Shown piece by piece: positions 1-13,642 of a DNA stretch of 64,000 bases. The stretch is from assembly GCA_951406725.2 (NCBI GenBank), contig OX597824.1, forward strand, positions 44,392,001-44,456,000, given 5' to 3'. A program made the position numbers and the translations under genes. The notes beneath the pieces were generated by a model. It was not told where the DNA came from. It did no database searches and saw only the letters and a list, made by a program, of their open reading frames with translations. The number at the start of each line of letters is the position of its first letter. Positions within the stretch are counted from its first letter, which is position 1. The stretch comes from Octopus vulgaris (lineage: Eukaryota).

Positions 1-150
1 AGTGGATAAGGAAAATACCAGCCTTAATTTAGAAACCAAAATTCCTAGTTAGATTCTAGTCAACAACCATGTGCCAATTCAGGAATAAGGCACCTAAAGA
101 CAACTAGAGACCAAACTGGAGATTAAGCCATACTGAAGATATAAATATTG

Positions 151-341
151 GTTTTAAGTTCTGGCACAAGGCCAAGGAGTTTGGGGAAGGGAGTAAGTCA
201 ATTACATCGACCCTGCTATTCAACTGGTGCTTATTTTATCAACTTCGAAAAAATGAAAGGCAAAGTCAACCTCGGTGGAACGGGAACTCAGAATGTGAAG
301 ATAGACAAAATGCAGCCAGGCAATTTGTCTGCTTGCTGCCT
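151..341 (-). mobile_element. tRNA-derived SINE (family A, Meta-domain-like core) with 20-bp target-site duplication
   Basis: Minus strand reads ttctgagttccc...gaggttgactttgcctttcat..., like the copies at 7657 and 40.7-42.1 kb. Flanked by exact direct repeats tactgaagatataaatattg at 131-150 and 342-361. Confidence 0.85.
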
Positions 342-574
342 TACTGAAGATATAAATATTGAAAATATATATTGTAAAGATGAAGTCAAAAGTCCAGAAA
401 ATTGTTATCTTGTCAATGGATCAAAAGATTAAAAATTTAAACTTTACTGATGTTGACTTTGCTTTACGTCATTCTTGTGTCATTAGAATAAGTATTAATA
501 TTTAAGAGGAGGCAAATTCAATTGATTATAGACCTCAAAAATTGAGAAATAAAGGCCATGCATTTTTGGATATA

Positions 575-750
575 TCTTTTATCTTTTACTTGTTTCAGTC
601 ATTAGACAGCAGCCATGCTAAGGCACCATGTTGAGGAATTTTTAGTCAAATGAATTAAGCCCCCAGTACTTACACTTGTCCAAAGTGCTGTGCAGTGGGA
701 CTGAACTCAGAACCATGTGTTTGGGAAGCAAGGTTCTAACTACACACATG
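575..750 (-). mobile_element. Internally deleted SINE (family B, CORE-like)
   Basis: Has the family-B tail (cttttacttgtttcagtcatt) and head (gtgggactgaactcagaaccatgtgtttgggaagcaag) but lacks the middle. Confidence 0.7.
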
Positions 751-891
751 CACAAGTCACAGTATCAACCAAACTATTATATATTATACACTGCTGTTCA
801 CAATGTACTTCCTTGCATTGATGTAGCATTCAAACAAGGTACCATACCACTAGTTAGATAGGCAGACCAAATGTGTGTTTGTGTGTGTGTA

Positions 892-1045
892 TCATCATCA
901 TCATCATTTGACATCCATTTTCCATGCTGGCATGGGTTGGACGGTTTGACCAGAGCTGCTAAGGCCAGGGTTGTACTTGACTCCATTGTCTGTTCTGGCA
1001 TGGTTTCTACAGCTGGATGCCTTTCCTAACACTAACCACTCCATT
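892..1045 (-). mobile_element. RTE 3'-UTR fragment / RTE-tailed short element
   Basis: (CAT)n tail plus tttccatgctggcatgggttggacgg...ggatgcctttcctaac; same end as the RTE copies at 45469 and 50438. Confidence 0.75.
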
Positions 1046-1416
1046 GTGTGTGTGTGTGTATGTGTATAGTGGCTATGAACTATGCAACATTTCAAGCAAT
1101 TTTCAATGCTTCATTTTAATGTTCTTTTGGGTCGGTTTAGAAAAGTAATTACAGCTTTGAAATAACAAATGAATGACAATAAATGATTACATTTGAATTG
1201 GTCAAAGCTTCCTTTGTACTTAAGGAATAGAGAAATACTGTATTTCCTGGTTCATAAAATACACACTTTATTGTGGAAAAAATTCCCAAATGTCATCCTG
1301 CATCTTATCAGGTTCTAGACTGGAGTTTGTTAGCTGGGTCCAGTTCTCACTAGAACTCAAGTTTTGTAATATAAGTGTACAGTTACAATTCACATGTAAT
1401 TAACTAGTATTATATA

Positions 1417-1795
1417 AGAGCAGGCATTGCTTCCCAATCACAGTGTTCTGGGTCCAGTCCCACTGCATGACACTTTGGGGAAGTGCCTTCTACTATATCC
1501 TTGAGCCAACCAAAGCCTTGTGAATGGATTTAGTAGATGGAAATTGAACAAAGCCCATCATATCTCTGTGTGTGTGCATGCACGTTTGTGTTTGTCCCCC
1601 ACCACTACTTGACAACCAGTGTTGGTATGTTTATGTCCCTGTAACTTAGTGGTTCAGCAAAAGTGACCAATAGAGTAAGTACCTGGTTTTAAAAAAAAAC
1701 ATAAGTACTGTGGTCAATTCATTTGACTAAAAATTCTTCAAAGCAGTGCCCCAGCATGGCCACAGTCTAATGACTGAAAAGTAAATGATAAAAGA
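1417..1795 (+). mobile_element. SINE family B (tRNA head, CORE-like domain, LINE-derived tail)
   Basis: Collinear with the young copy at 13101-13490 (cagtcccactgc...caaagccttgtga...gtgccccagcatggccacagtc...tgactgaaa). Confidence 0.85.
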
Positions 1796-1840
1796 TTATG
1801 ATTATGATGTTTATTAATTTTGTTATGTATTAATGAAAAC

Positions 1841-2008
1841 TACCTTATTTTAATGTGTATAAGGAACCCTTTTTTGTCAAAAATTAGGTTAAAAAAATAT
1901 GGGAGTTTCTTATACATGGATAGTATTATAATCCCTTACAAAACCTTTTTTCCAAAATTAGGGGGTTCCTTATACATGAAGATTCCTTAAACATGTTAAA
2001 ACACAGTA
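1841..2008. mobile_element. pogo/Tigger-type MITE
   Basis: Imperfect terminal inverted repeats taccttattttaatgtgtataagga / tccttaaacatgttaaaacacagta with TA at both ends; internal repeat of aaaattagg...ttcttatacatg. Confidence 0.7.
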
Positions 2009-2099
2009 GTTTGAAATAGAAAAGTGTTCTACTGGCACTGGTCTCAGAAAGATATTTGTTTTATTTGGTTAATGTGAATTGGCAATGATGTCTCACATG

Positions 2100-3100
2100 C
2101 CAGTTATAAACAGGCAGAAGTACAACCCAAGCAGACACTACCAATCAGCTGTCATTTAGTCATCTAGCTACAACATTAAATGGTGGACACTGGGTAGAGA
2201 AGACAGACACACATGATTAATTAAAAGCTACAAATTGTTGGAGTATAGAGTGTACAGTCTCAAAAAAGATGATAATATGTGAAGCAAAGAGACTGGCAGA
2301 AGTAGATGAATTTACTGGATCTTCATATTGATGTTATCAATTGATGAAGAGGTATATCCTAAGCATAAATGTGAAATAAACTAGAATTGCACAGAAGATG
2401 CCTGAAGTGTATGGTGGGGTGAAAATATTTCCAATTTCACAAATATAAGATCAATGCCAGAAAACAAACAAATTGTAATAAAGAAAAATAAACAATACAG
2501 ATTAAGTTCTGTTAATATGCTATGAGCTGGTGCACAAAACTTCAAATATAAGTGCAAAAACTGAATGTAAAAACAAGTGAGTTATGAAAAAATCCACAAT
2601 ATTCTTGTATTGAATGTTGTACAGGTAGCACAAAGCTTCTTTTTATTAAATGGAAAACAATTCCCAAGGAAAATGTGCATCATATGGAGTGAATGGACAA
2701 AGGCAGTGTGAAAACTCTGGATGGAGAAAGAATTATGATGGTGTCCTATTGGTTTGTTGAATAAATCACAAATTAATAACTAAACAAGCATATATCTCCA
2801 GTGGTTTAATGTCATGCCCAATTATAACCACAGGACATCTCAGTCAACAAGCCATTCAAATGTATTTTTCAAGATGAGTGGAACAAGTGGATAACAATTG
2901 GGGATTTCATAATGCCAACAGGATGACTAAAGTCACCTGCTTATTGTACAGGTATGTTGGTAGGCTAGTCATCATTGGCAGTAAAAATAATAGCTAAGGC
3001 AATAAATAATGTGGAATCAATAATGCAATAAATGGCACAGATGATGAACATCTCTGAAGATAGCTGTTACCCAGAAACAGCTCGCAGCAGTGATGGTGGT
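2100..3100 (+). pseudogene. Degenerate pogo/Tigger-family DDE transposase
   Basis: Frame-shifted translation gives VSKKMIICEAKRLAEVDEFTGSS, TRIAQKMPE, QDISVNKPFK...EWNKW and CGINNAINGTDDE, matching pogo transposase motifs. A TIR-like tactgtatttcctgg at ~1236 may be its 5' end. Confidence 0.75.
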
Positions 3101-6100
3101 GTAGATGAAAAGAGCAGTGACTGATGTGCTAACAGATAATTAACTGTGACATTCTTGGGAAACATATTTCATGTTAAAGATTAGTCTTAAAGTAGAAAGG
3201 TGGCAAAACTATTTTTTTATATTTACTGTTTTTCCTCACACAATTTCTCTCTGAATATAATGGAGTGGTGGGTATATCACTGATCATCTTTGACAGCAAT
3301 CAGCATCAAAACTCTTGGACATACCAAAGGCATAATGGATAGTAAGCTGAATAGAATATAGTGAACTTTTACTAATTGTTTAGATAATATAAATTGATTG
3401 AAGTTAAACCCTACTGTAATTGTATTTAATATGTAAACTGCTCCCTGAAATATTTCCTTTTAGCTATATTACCGAAATTCCTGATCCACATTACTACATG
3501 CCCTCTATCACTGTATACTATATATATATATATTGATCCCTTCTAGGTTTTTCCAACTGCTCTGAATATACTTTGTGGGATCTAGCTAGATTAAAACATG
3601 TCCGTTGTATTCAGCAACTGACTTTAAAGGTAGGATACACTCAAATGAGTCTTGTGCATATAGCAGAAAGATTTCAATCAACAGATCTTATTGTAATTGT
3701 TTCCTTTGTTTGCTGTTTTCAGATTTTGAAAAGCCCTGGAGGTGGGTTTTGTTTCCTAATTGCTTGGATAGTCTCAGAGTTTTTCAACTCATTATATTAA
3801 ATATTTAAGCCCCTACCATATTTAAATAGAATATATTCAGACTACCACAGTATCTTACACAATAAAACATTGCATGAGAAGCTATAGGATGTCATTTGAT
3901 TAATGGTGACTGACCTGGAGCTAAACAACCAGAAAAATAGAAGTGATTATTTTAAATTTGCCACAAGAACAAAAGAAATATCCTACAGTAGAATTCAGAG
4001 CAAAAACATTACCATACATACAAACATCGTAGGGTGTGGCAAAATCAACAGAAAAAATTTTTGCTAGGTAAATTAAAAACTCTGTGAATTGCTTGTACTT
4101 CAGTTAAAACAATCTTTAAAGTACTTTTGAAAAAGCAGGTGGCAATTAAGACTTAACAAGGAAGTTGTTGACATGATGATAGCAAGGGCCAGGCACACAT
4201 AAATACATTTGCATACACACACATATATTCTGCAAGAAGCAAACGAAGGTACATTACATATCAAAAATCAAGCACATACAAATGTATACACATACTCATA
4301 GACACAAATACATATATTACACAATCAGAAAGGCATTTTAATTGTTATATGTGTGTTAATGTATTTAAAAAGTTTTTTTACATTTGTAAGCATGTCTGGC
4401 GATATGCATGTGTATTATATATTTGTGTGTGTGTACACACACACACATAACCTTCTCTCAAACAAAAAAATAAACATAGAAAAGTGGAAAGGGGAACCCA
4501 CTGGTAAGAATTGTCAGTAATTATAGTAATGTAACTGGATACTAAACAATTATAAGATATGGTGTGCGTGAGGGGGAGAGAGAGAAAGAGAGAGTGAGAG
4601 GGAGAGAAAGAGAAGAGTGGAGAGAGAAGGGATGTTAATTAAAAATAAATGAAGAGAAAGATGTGGGCACAAGTTTGGCATCAACTAGCTCTAATGAAGC
4701 TCAAGGGACAACATTATAGTTGAACAGCATATGAAGAATAAGGATTTGAGATATTTTTAGGGCTAGAAGAATATATATTTGGGTTTAGAGTCTGGTCTGC
4801 ATAGTTGAAAGTTTTTAGAGTTACTTTTTGTAACTTTAGTGGCAGCATTCCTGTTAAAATAAAACTGGTTAAGGTCAGTGTGACTCTGTCAATTTAGGGT
4901 TAGTTTCAGAAGTGTTAGGCATGACATCAATATATAGCCATTAAGATAAGCATGCCAATGTATTGTTTCAAGCATTTAGCTTGAAGGGCAGAACTTATCG
5001 TTTTTCCAAACCGGTATGGTCAATATTTGTAGGGTAAAAACTTGAGAAGGCTTAGTGTTTCAAAAAAGTGGCAGTTATGAAGAGAAAGTATTAGGAGAAG
5101 CATTTAATGTGATATTTCATTGGGATAGGAGTGGCACCAAAAGAATTATTGAAATGATTTTGCATTTGCAAGAGGACTTGACCTCAGTGTTATAAATCAT
5201 CAAACCATACATCAGTTACATGTCAGTATAGTATTCCATCATAAATTTACAGATTTGTCAGCTCTTCTTCCATGCTCATAGTACAGAGATAGTTAAGTAA
5301 ATTGCCCAAGACACACTGCTTGCAATGAAATGTGAATTCAAAATACTCCACCTTAAATAAATGTTCTACAACTTTAGCATAATTTCCCAATACTTATGCA
5401 ATGAAAGCTACTATATAAAGGAAAGAGAAATGTGTGTAAAACGTTGAACTAACAAGATGTTCAATTTAGCATTCATATGTTTCCTTGCTTTGTGTTCAAA
5501 CATGCCAAATAGTATGTAATAGTGGCATAAGGTTCAGACTCAATGAGGCTTCAGAGATTTAGAAACTAATACTGGAACTAATAAGACTTTATTTACCATA
5601 ATATTTATCACATCTGATATGCTGTATATGCTTTGACTAACATAATCTAAAGAACTGTGTAATTGTGTGTTTGTGTGTGTGGGTAAGAGAGAGAGAGGGT
5701 GGAGGCACATATAAGGATTAAATGTAAGAGATGAAGAGACGTCAAGGACTGGCAGACATATCTGTATACTGAGCAATTCAATGTTTGAAAATATGAGGGA
5801 ATAAAAACTTTAACTTGGAGACAAGAGTTGTTAGTCTTAGATGATAATAAGTAATAGTATAGAGTATTAAGAAATAACATAGACCCTTTAAATTACAAAG
5901 AAGCCTTCATATAAGAGAGTAGAAACTGGAGTTGTGACATTCATTCTTTATCAAATGCATCTCATACCAGCATGAAAAACAGACATAAAATAGTGTGAAA
6001 TGGCTCAACATATATGTACCTTTGGCAGCTAGCATCTTTCTTGTTTAGTATATATGCTAGTTATTCAGTTTTATTTTGAGATTTCTTGCCAATAGAGATA

Positions 6101-6514
6101 GAGCTGGTTTCTAACCTAGACCCAAGGCTCCTTCATTGGAATGTAAACAACATCAACAAGAGATAGAATAAGTATCAGACTGAAAAAAATAAGTACTAGG
6201 ATTGTTTCATTCAACTAAAACCCCATATACTACATAGATGCAGTCTAATAACTGAAACAATACATGCATACACACACACACACACACATAAAGGTAAGAT
6301 CTAAGGATCAAGATATAGGATGTTAGTGAGTTTCAAGCAATCTGTAGAAAATATAAAAAAACAACTTTCAGAAACAATAGTGGTTTATTGGTGCAGATGG
6401 TTGTAAATTTTTCCTGTATTGAAGTATAAGCTGAAAAAAGTTAATTTTATAGCTCATGATTAGCAACAGGGGTTGTTGTATACATGAATAAACATCCAAT
6501 GGAGTAAATAAAAT

Positions 6515-6602
6515 CCAGGTTACATATGTTTCATAGCTAGAAGAACCTCAGCAGTAAATTATCCAAATGAGGGGTAGACCACATGCAACTCTTTAGGACA
6601 AG
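6515..6602 (-). ncRNA. Degenerate hammerhead-ribozyme-like motif
   Basis: Minus strand: CTAAAGA (CUGAAGA variant)-gttgc...tagc-tat-GAAAC ATAT GTA. The palindromic tetraloop is typical of minimal Penelope hammerheads; stem I is decayed. Confidence 0.45.
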
Positions 6603-7198
6603 GATCCCTTGATAATATGAAGTTTACATTGTCGTTAGGGGATCACTTGTTAAATCATTGGGGATTTGATCGAAATGCATAGAAAGTACAGTATGGAACT
6701 TTCCTGCATACACACATCGTCTCAAATGATGGGAATACCTAGTGTATGGGGGTGTTGACCCATTACCTGGGATATCCCAGAAATAGCTGTAAGACATTAA
6801 TTACTTCTACTTCTCTTTTTTTGATTCACTTTAATTAAATATTCTAAATGACCTGAGATGCTCATCCTGCCTTGATTTTGTTTTCCTTTTCCTTTAATAT
6901 ATATATATATATATATATCTTATATATAGAATAGACCTGTGTGTGTATTTGCTTTCCATGTGAAAACAGCTGTGCAAATTGGTTCCATACTTAAGATGCA
7001 TGAATAAATTGACTTCGGATACATAATAGGGTCTTCATTTTTTTTTTTTTTATTAAAAATAAATAATATTGCTTTATATATATGATTCACTTTAGAAAGG
7101 CTTTTCAGTGTCAACTTCCAGTATTGATGTACGAGCAAGCATCCTCGTAGCAACCGTTGCAGGTGAAATTTTTTGTTTTCATTTGTGAAGTCTCTCAC

Positions 7199-7246
7199 TT
7201 ATTTTAATGTTTTCATTTCCAGTTTTCTTTCGCTATTTGCAATCAG
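7199..7246 (-). CDS. Candidate terminal coding exon of an unidentified host gene (LIANSERKLEMKTLK* if phase 0)
   Basis: Acceptor ttcctttcagtaatttattgtag|CTG. Non-repetitive, CpG-retaining sequence lies downstream, with AATAAA (minus strand) near 7050. No homology recognised. Confidence 0.3.
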   Translation of the reverse strand: MIANSERKLEMKTLK

Positions 7247-7656
7247 CTACAATAAATTACTGAAAGGAATATTTACTAAGCAAGTGAGATCTTTTATAAG
7301 TTGATATTTTCAAGAAAATTTACTTTCTGAACTTCCTTTTATTATTGAATAGTTCAAGCTCACAAATTTAAATATTCAGTACAAAATAGTTTTTAATGAA
7401 CTTTTATTCATATGATTATTTTCTTTTCATGTTTATTTCATTCATTGTTTGCAATGTTCTCTCTCCCCCTCTCTGTCACACACACACCAGGTTTGATTTC
7501 ATTATTACACAAATATCACATTAGAATTTTGCAATTCAACAAGAGGCATCCAAAAAAATATGGGCCTTCTTTTGCTTGAATCTGCACACTTTAATTTCTG
7601 TTAAAATTTTTTATTTGTTTACTTTTTGTGCACCGTGTTCAGCTCTATGTATTTGT

Positions 7657-7844
7657 TATTTCTTTATTGCCCACAAGGGGCTAAACACAGAGGGGACAAA
7701 CAAGGACAGACAAATGGATTAAGTCGATTATATTGACCCCAGTGCGTAACTGGTACTTAATTTATCGACCCTGAAAGGATGAAAGGCAAAGTAGACCTTG
7801 GCAGAATTTGAACTCAGAACGTAACAGAAGATGAAATACCGATA
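7657..7844 (-). mobile_element. 5'-truncated SINE family A with 16-bp TSD
   Basis: Core ttatcgaccctgaaaggatgaaaggcaaagtagacc; exact flanking repeats agctctatgtatttgt at 7641-7656 and 7845-7860. Confidence 0.9.
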
Positions 7845-7927
7845 AGCTCTATGTATTTGTGGTCAGTAACACATGCACATGTGTGCTTTTTTATGTACAT
7901 TTGTATACATTTATGTATGTGTATGTT

Positions 7928-7984
<57 letters not shown>

Positions 7985-8538
7985 GAGAGAGTGAGTGAAG
8001 GGGTGTGTTGTCATGTATATGTATATACATAAATACATATGCAAACATCTTTTTTGTATGTATGTGTGCATGTGTGAAAGAGAGAAATAGAGAGAGAATG
8101 AGTGATGTCTAAGTGGAATTCATTCATTCTCTCTCTCTCTCACACATGTCCATTTGATATACATGTACATACATCTTTCACTATCTCCTCTCATTTTAAA
8201 ACAAAAGTAAATAGATAAAAATTTCTTACAGAAATTAACGAACAAAACCAGCTGTTTATTTTGGCATTTCTGTGGGTTCAATCAAAAGAATGCCAAAATA
8301 TGTGACTGAAAAAGAACATGTAGCAGCAAAGGCACAACAGCGGACAATATCATAAAAATTATTTGAATTGAGAATGAAATGTGAAAATATTATCATGTGG
8401 CTAACAGAAAACCACCTGGAGGGTTGTCTTTCTGCTAGTATACATATATATAATTAATAAAAAAACAAATAAAGAAAAAAAACACAACAATGCAAGGATG
8501 TGGTGTATATATATATATATATATAGATAGATAGATAG

Positions 8539-11500
8539 TTAATTTAAGTTAAGTTAATTTTTTGGCTGAAAAATCAAAAAGCAAGGCCATGTAGGGGGAC
8601 ATGGAGTTATGTACAGGGTGGTGTTCATGCAAAGAGTTCAGGCAATTTCTGGTCAAGTGAGACTTTGAACCGAGCAGTCGTCGGCATCTTCACTATCTCG
8701 TCCGGCAGCTTATTCCACGGATCCGCAACCCGGACGGAGAAAGCCCCTCTCCTTCGATTGAGATGAAATCGTTGCAGATAGAGCTTTTCGGAGTGACACC
8801 GCAGCCAATGCTCTGGAGCAGGAGTGAAGAACAGCTCTTTCGAGAGGTTACACTTTCCGCTTATGATGTAGTGAGCAAGAATGAGATCACCACGGCGTCG
8901 TCGTTTTTCTAGAGAATAAAGGTCGAGCGTCTTCAGCCTTTCTTCATAAGACAAATGCTTGAGACTAAGAACCATGCGGGTAGCCAGCTTCTGGACTCTT
9001 TCGAGATGATGTATGTCTTTGAGGAGATAAGGAGAAGAGGCTTGAATCCCATACTCCAATATGGGTCTCACCAACATGACATACAGCGGTAGGAATATGG
9101 CTGCTGTGAGCATTCCAAATGACCATTGAATCAAAAACAGAACTCCGCGTGCTTTGTTGGCAGCATGGACACACTGGGCCGAAGGCGAAAAGGAAGAATC
9201 CACCAAGATACCCAGGTCCTTTACCTGGTTGGTCCTCTCCAGCAGCAGACGACCCGGCTCGAAATCAAGTTGAGTTGCAGGAGAAGAGCCAACAGGCAGA
9301 TGACAGTACTTTGACACGTTCAGACACAGGTCCCATTTGTTAGACCATCTCCAAACTTGGTGGAGGCATCGACAAAGATCATCTATATCACCGCGAGGAG
9401 CGACCAGTTTGACATCATCGGCAAATAGAAGGGTGTGTTGCATGAGGTTGTCGGGCAAGTCATTTATGAAGACTAAGAACAATAAGGGCCCAAGCACTGA
9501 ACCTTGAGGCACGCCACTGCTTGCACTGGAGACGTCGGACAGCGAACCATTAACTTGAACTTGGAAGGAGCAATCTGAGAGGAAGGCACCAACCTATCGT
9601 ACAATATCGGGATGGAAACTATATGCTTGAAGCTTGACAAGTAATAGGCGGTAGTTTACCAAGTCAAAAGCTTTGGCAAAGTCCAATAAAATGATGTCAA
9701 CAACATCACCATCATCCAGAATACGCATCACAAATTCTTCCATTACCAGTAAGTTGGTCAAGCATGATCTCTTCGGGAATCAGAGATAGAGGCTGTATTT
9801 TGGAGGTGGAGCAACATACTTTTCTTAAGGATGGTTTCGAACATCTTGCTGATTATTGAAGTAAGGGAAACCAGTCGGTAGTTAAGCGGGTTTTCGCGGC
9901 TCCCTTTCTTGAAAATTGGGCAGATTATCGCTGTTCTCCAGTCCGCAGGTATAACACCCGTCACCAATGACATATTGAATGGAAGAGTTAAAGGTTCGCA
10001 GATGACCGGAGCCAACGCTTTGATAACCTGTAAGTGTATGCCATCAGGGCCGTGACCCTGGTTGACGTTCGAGGCCTTGAATAACGCGTTCGACTTCATC
10101 CCATGTGATGACCAATCTAGGCATTGGAGGTGCTGATCTATCAAATGGAGGGGATTCACGACCATCATCTTGTTTGAAAATAGTTGAAAAGCCTCGACAA
10201 ATAACTGACTCTGTTGATAAGGGTCCTCAATCAATAAGCCTGTTGAGTCTACCAACGTTGCAATTTGGTTGTTCAAGCAGGAATTCCGTTGAACATGGGC
10301 AAAGAAGGTTTTTGGATTGCGACTGGCGTTTGCCGCGATTCTGTATTCATATCTGAAGCGTTCTTCCTTTTCAATTTTCACAGCTCAGTCTCGTTGAGTT
10401 TTGTACACCTCAAAAGCTGCAGTCGAATCTAGATTGATTGCAGTGAAGACTTTATGTGGCAGCGAAGTAGTCGTGGGCATAGAAAAAGTTGTGTGCATGT
10501 CGAACTTCAGGGCCGCGTGATCACTCTTGGTAAGAGGGGCGCACACAGATAAGCCTGACACTGATCTTGGATAGCGGGAGAATACCAGATCCAGCACAGA
10601 TGGCTGCTGCCCAGACCGATGCCTTGTTGGATATTCAACATGTTGCGATAGAAAACAATCTTCAGCCACGTCAAGAAGGGCCTGGCCGAACCGGGAAGAT
10701 GATGTACAAATTGATGCGGGCCAGTCGATCGTGGGAGCGTTGAAGTCTCCTAATATCAAACAGTCATAAGAAGCTGAAACAAATCTTATCGCTTCGAGTA
10801 AATGAGCATCGTCCTGGGGGTCAGCAAGAGGCAGCCTGTAGACAGCTAACACGGGCAGGCAAAACCCGGATAGGCTCAGCTTGCAATAGACGGCATCGAA
10901 TTTTGTTGTAGATTGAGCATTAGTGGGTAGAATACCGCTGGACAGTTTGAGATCAGATTTAACATACACAGCAACATCTCCACCTCGCCCTTTTTCTCTG
11001 TCACATCTGAAGAGGGCGTAGCCCTGTAGGTGGATTTCCGAGTCCTTTACTGCTGGAGTCAGCCAAGTCTTGGTGATAGCTATCACATCTGGGGAATCAC
11101 GCATGGCCAGTGTAAATAATTCGCTGAACTTTGGAAATAAGGAGCACGAGTTGGTATAGACGATGCTGAGCTGTGAAGTTTGAGGGGCAGTAATTAGGGA
11201 ACAAGCAGAATGAGGGGTATCAGAGATAGCATCGTTGTCGGGGGTATCTACTTTACTTAAATTCGCCCTCGATTCACTTTCCCTGTCAGCACTACAGCAT
11301 GCGACCAGAGGTAGGACTTGATTATTTGTCCATCTTGGATGCATAAACCTTTCTCACCCATCTATTTTCTCATCTTCAGTTCGGATATTAGGTTTCTCCG
11401 GCGAATTCTCTCTCTCAGTGAGTATTCCTCGCGAAAACCCATATTGGGGTCCTCCCAGACATGCTTCTGAACTCTGTTCAGAAAGGTTGAAGCCTCCTGA

Positions 11501-11592
11501 TCGGAAGAAAAGATTACTCTTATTGGGCGTGGTCTAGTGTCTGAGGCTGAGTTCACTTGGAATCTTCCTAGCCGAGCAACCTTATGGATACT
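8539..11592 (-). mobile_element. CR1-group LINE, 5'-truncated: ORF1 C-terminus plus disrupted ORF2 (APE endonuclease and reverse transcriptase)
   Basis: ORFs 11362-11556 (RPRPIRV), 10385-11344 (APE: AITKTWL, ILGDFN, LDLVF, SDH), 9758-10381 (GPDGI, NYRLVSLTS) and 8625-9512 (PQGSVLGPLLF, FADDVKL, VRPILEY, WNKLP). (TTAAC)n tail; gatagatagata on both flanks. Confidence 0.95.
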
Positions 11593-12269
11593 GATAGATA
11601 GATAAACAGACAGACAAATATATATAAATATATATTACATAGTTGATAATATTTTCAACCAAGACATTACAATCCTATCTGAAAGTTCAATTGCTTCAAT
11701 TCTGTTCATGTACATATATTTACTCAATTGCTAACATTTATCAATGGTTTCTCCCATTGTTTTGAAGTGCTGTTTTCTATCATTAATAAAACTGTCAGCA
11801 TTTTTGAGAACACATATGAGAAACATAAAACTGAGATACAATGGAAATACTCTACTTAACAGATCTTGCTAATCCAAACGAACATAGAAAAACAACAACA
11901 AAAAACATTTAACTTATAATGTAGATGATTATAATGAAGATGATCCTGATTGCACTAATGCTGTTGCTGGTATGCTGTGGTTAAGGGGGCAGTGCCTACC
12001 TGCAATTATGGATTTAAGACTTTAACATTTTGTAGCTGTTTACTCACCACATCAGTGATGTGTTCAATGTAAACATGGTCCCCAGGTTGTAAACAGCCAT
12101 CAGAAAGTTTCTTCCATATTCCTTTTTTATGCCATGCTTCAATCAGTTGGGTGAAGCGTTTGGTTGGGAAAGCATCTTCTGTGCAAATGTACATTGTATC
12201 TGTAATGATATTGATAACCATGATCAGGTATGATTTTGCAGAATATTTTAAATGTATGACACTGTATGT

Positions 12270-12523
12270 CACACTCAATTACAACTATCATGTGATGTCA
12301 AGGAAAGGAAACACAAACATACATGCACACACTCACACACATATATGTATACACACACACGTGCACACACACACAATAGGTTTCTTTCAGTTTCCAACTA
12401 CTGAATCCACTCACAAGGCTTTGGTTGGGTTAGGACTCTAGTAGAAGACAATTGACCAAGGTGTCACACAGTGGGATTGAACCTGAAATCATGTGGCTGG
12501 AAAACAAACATCTTAACCACACA

Positions 12524-12525
<2 letters not shown>
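12270..12525 (-). mobile_element. SINE family B, 5' half
   Basis: ttctttcagtttcc...tccactcacaaggctttggt...gtgggattgaacctgaaatcatgtgg is the reverse complement of the family-B head. Confidence 0.75.
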
Positions 12526-12603
<78 letters not shown>

Positions 12604-13100
12604 TTTTGGAAGTGATGTACAGATATTGTATATTTAGAATAAAGTAGTCAGAATGTTTTATCTACATTTTCAGCGCTTTCTTCAGTTATTGGATTTATCA
12701 AAAATTGGTTTAAATTTAGATTTCTTGGCCTTTTTATATATAAAGAATTAAATTTTTTGAGGAGGGGAAGGTAATGAGGCATGGCTTTTGTGATATGGTC
12801 AGACTTGTTTGTTTAGTACTTAGTGGCCTTTTAAGGTGGGGAAGGAAAAAAGAGAAAGGAAAAAGAATATTTGTATTTGAATTGGTCAAGGTTTTAACTG
12901 AAAAGCCAGATGTTGTTTTTGACTTTCTTCAGTAAAAATTATAATTGGATTTCCAAGTCTTGTTCTTTTGTGTTCATTAAAGAATAGTTGTATGGATGTG
13001 GTCAACTTGTTTTGATTGAAATTCTAGATGTTTTTGAAAGAGTGATTTTTGAGTTCACTACACACCACACAGCAATTATATATATATATATATATATATA

Positions 13101-13490
13101 GGCGCAGGAGTGGCTGTGTGGTAAGTAGCTTGCTTACCAACCACATGGTTCCGGGTTCAGTCCCATTGCGTGGCATCTTGGGCAAGTGTCTTCTACTATA
13201 GCCTCGGACTGACCAAAGCCTTGTGAGTAGATTTAGTAGATGGAAACTGAAAGAAGCACATCGTATATATGTATATATATATGTGTGTGTATGTTTGTAC
13301 CCCTAGCATTGCTTGACAACCGATGCTGGTGTGTTTACGTCGCCGTCACTTAGCGGTTCGGCAAAAGCAACCGATAGAATAAGTACTGGGCTTACAAAGA
13401 ATAAGTCCTGGGGTCGATTTGCTCGACTAAAGGCGGTGCTCCAGCATGGCTGCAGTCAAATGACTGAAACAAGTAAAAGAGTAAAAGAGA
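13101..13490 (+). mobile_element. Full-length, young SINE family B (resembles octopus CORE-type SINEs)
   Basis: Pol III A-box tggctgtgtgg and B-box-like gggttcagtcc, CORE-like ttgggcaagtgtctt, internal (TA/TG)n, tail ggtgctccagcatggctgcagtc...gtaaaagag. CpGs intact; inserted in (TA)n. Confidence 0.92.
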
Positions 13491-13549
13491 TATATACACA
13501 CACACACATATATATATATATGTGTAGAGTCCACCTAGTGGTCATTCCT

Positions 13550-13597
<48 letters not shown>

Positions 13598-13642
13598 TAC
13601 ATATATATACATACACATACATACATACATGCACACACACAT

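Noticed and set aside
7095-7161. Plus-strand exon candidate (KGFSVSTSSIDVRASILVATVA)
   Set aside because: Weak donor (gtgaaa) and no partner plus-strand exons found; the region is at least as well explained as the 3' UTR of the minus-strand candidate.
12006-12278. 90-aa ORF with a gtgagt donor at 12042-12047
   Set aside because: No acceptable splice acceptor, and the upstream part overlaps repeat remnants.
13101-13175. tRNA gene-like A/B boxes (also 57140-57216)
   Set aside because: These are SINE heads continuing into SINE bodies; there is no complete cloverleaf.
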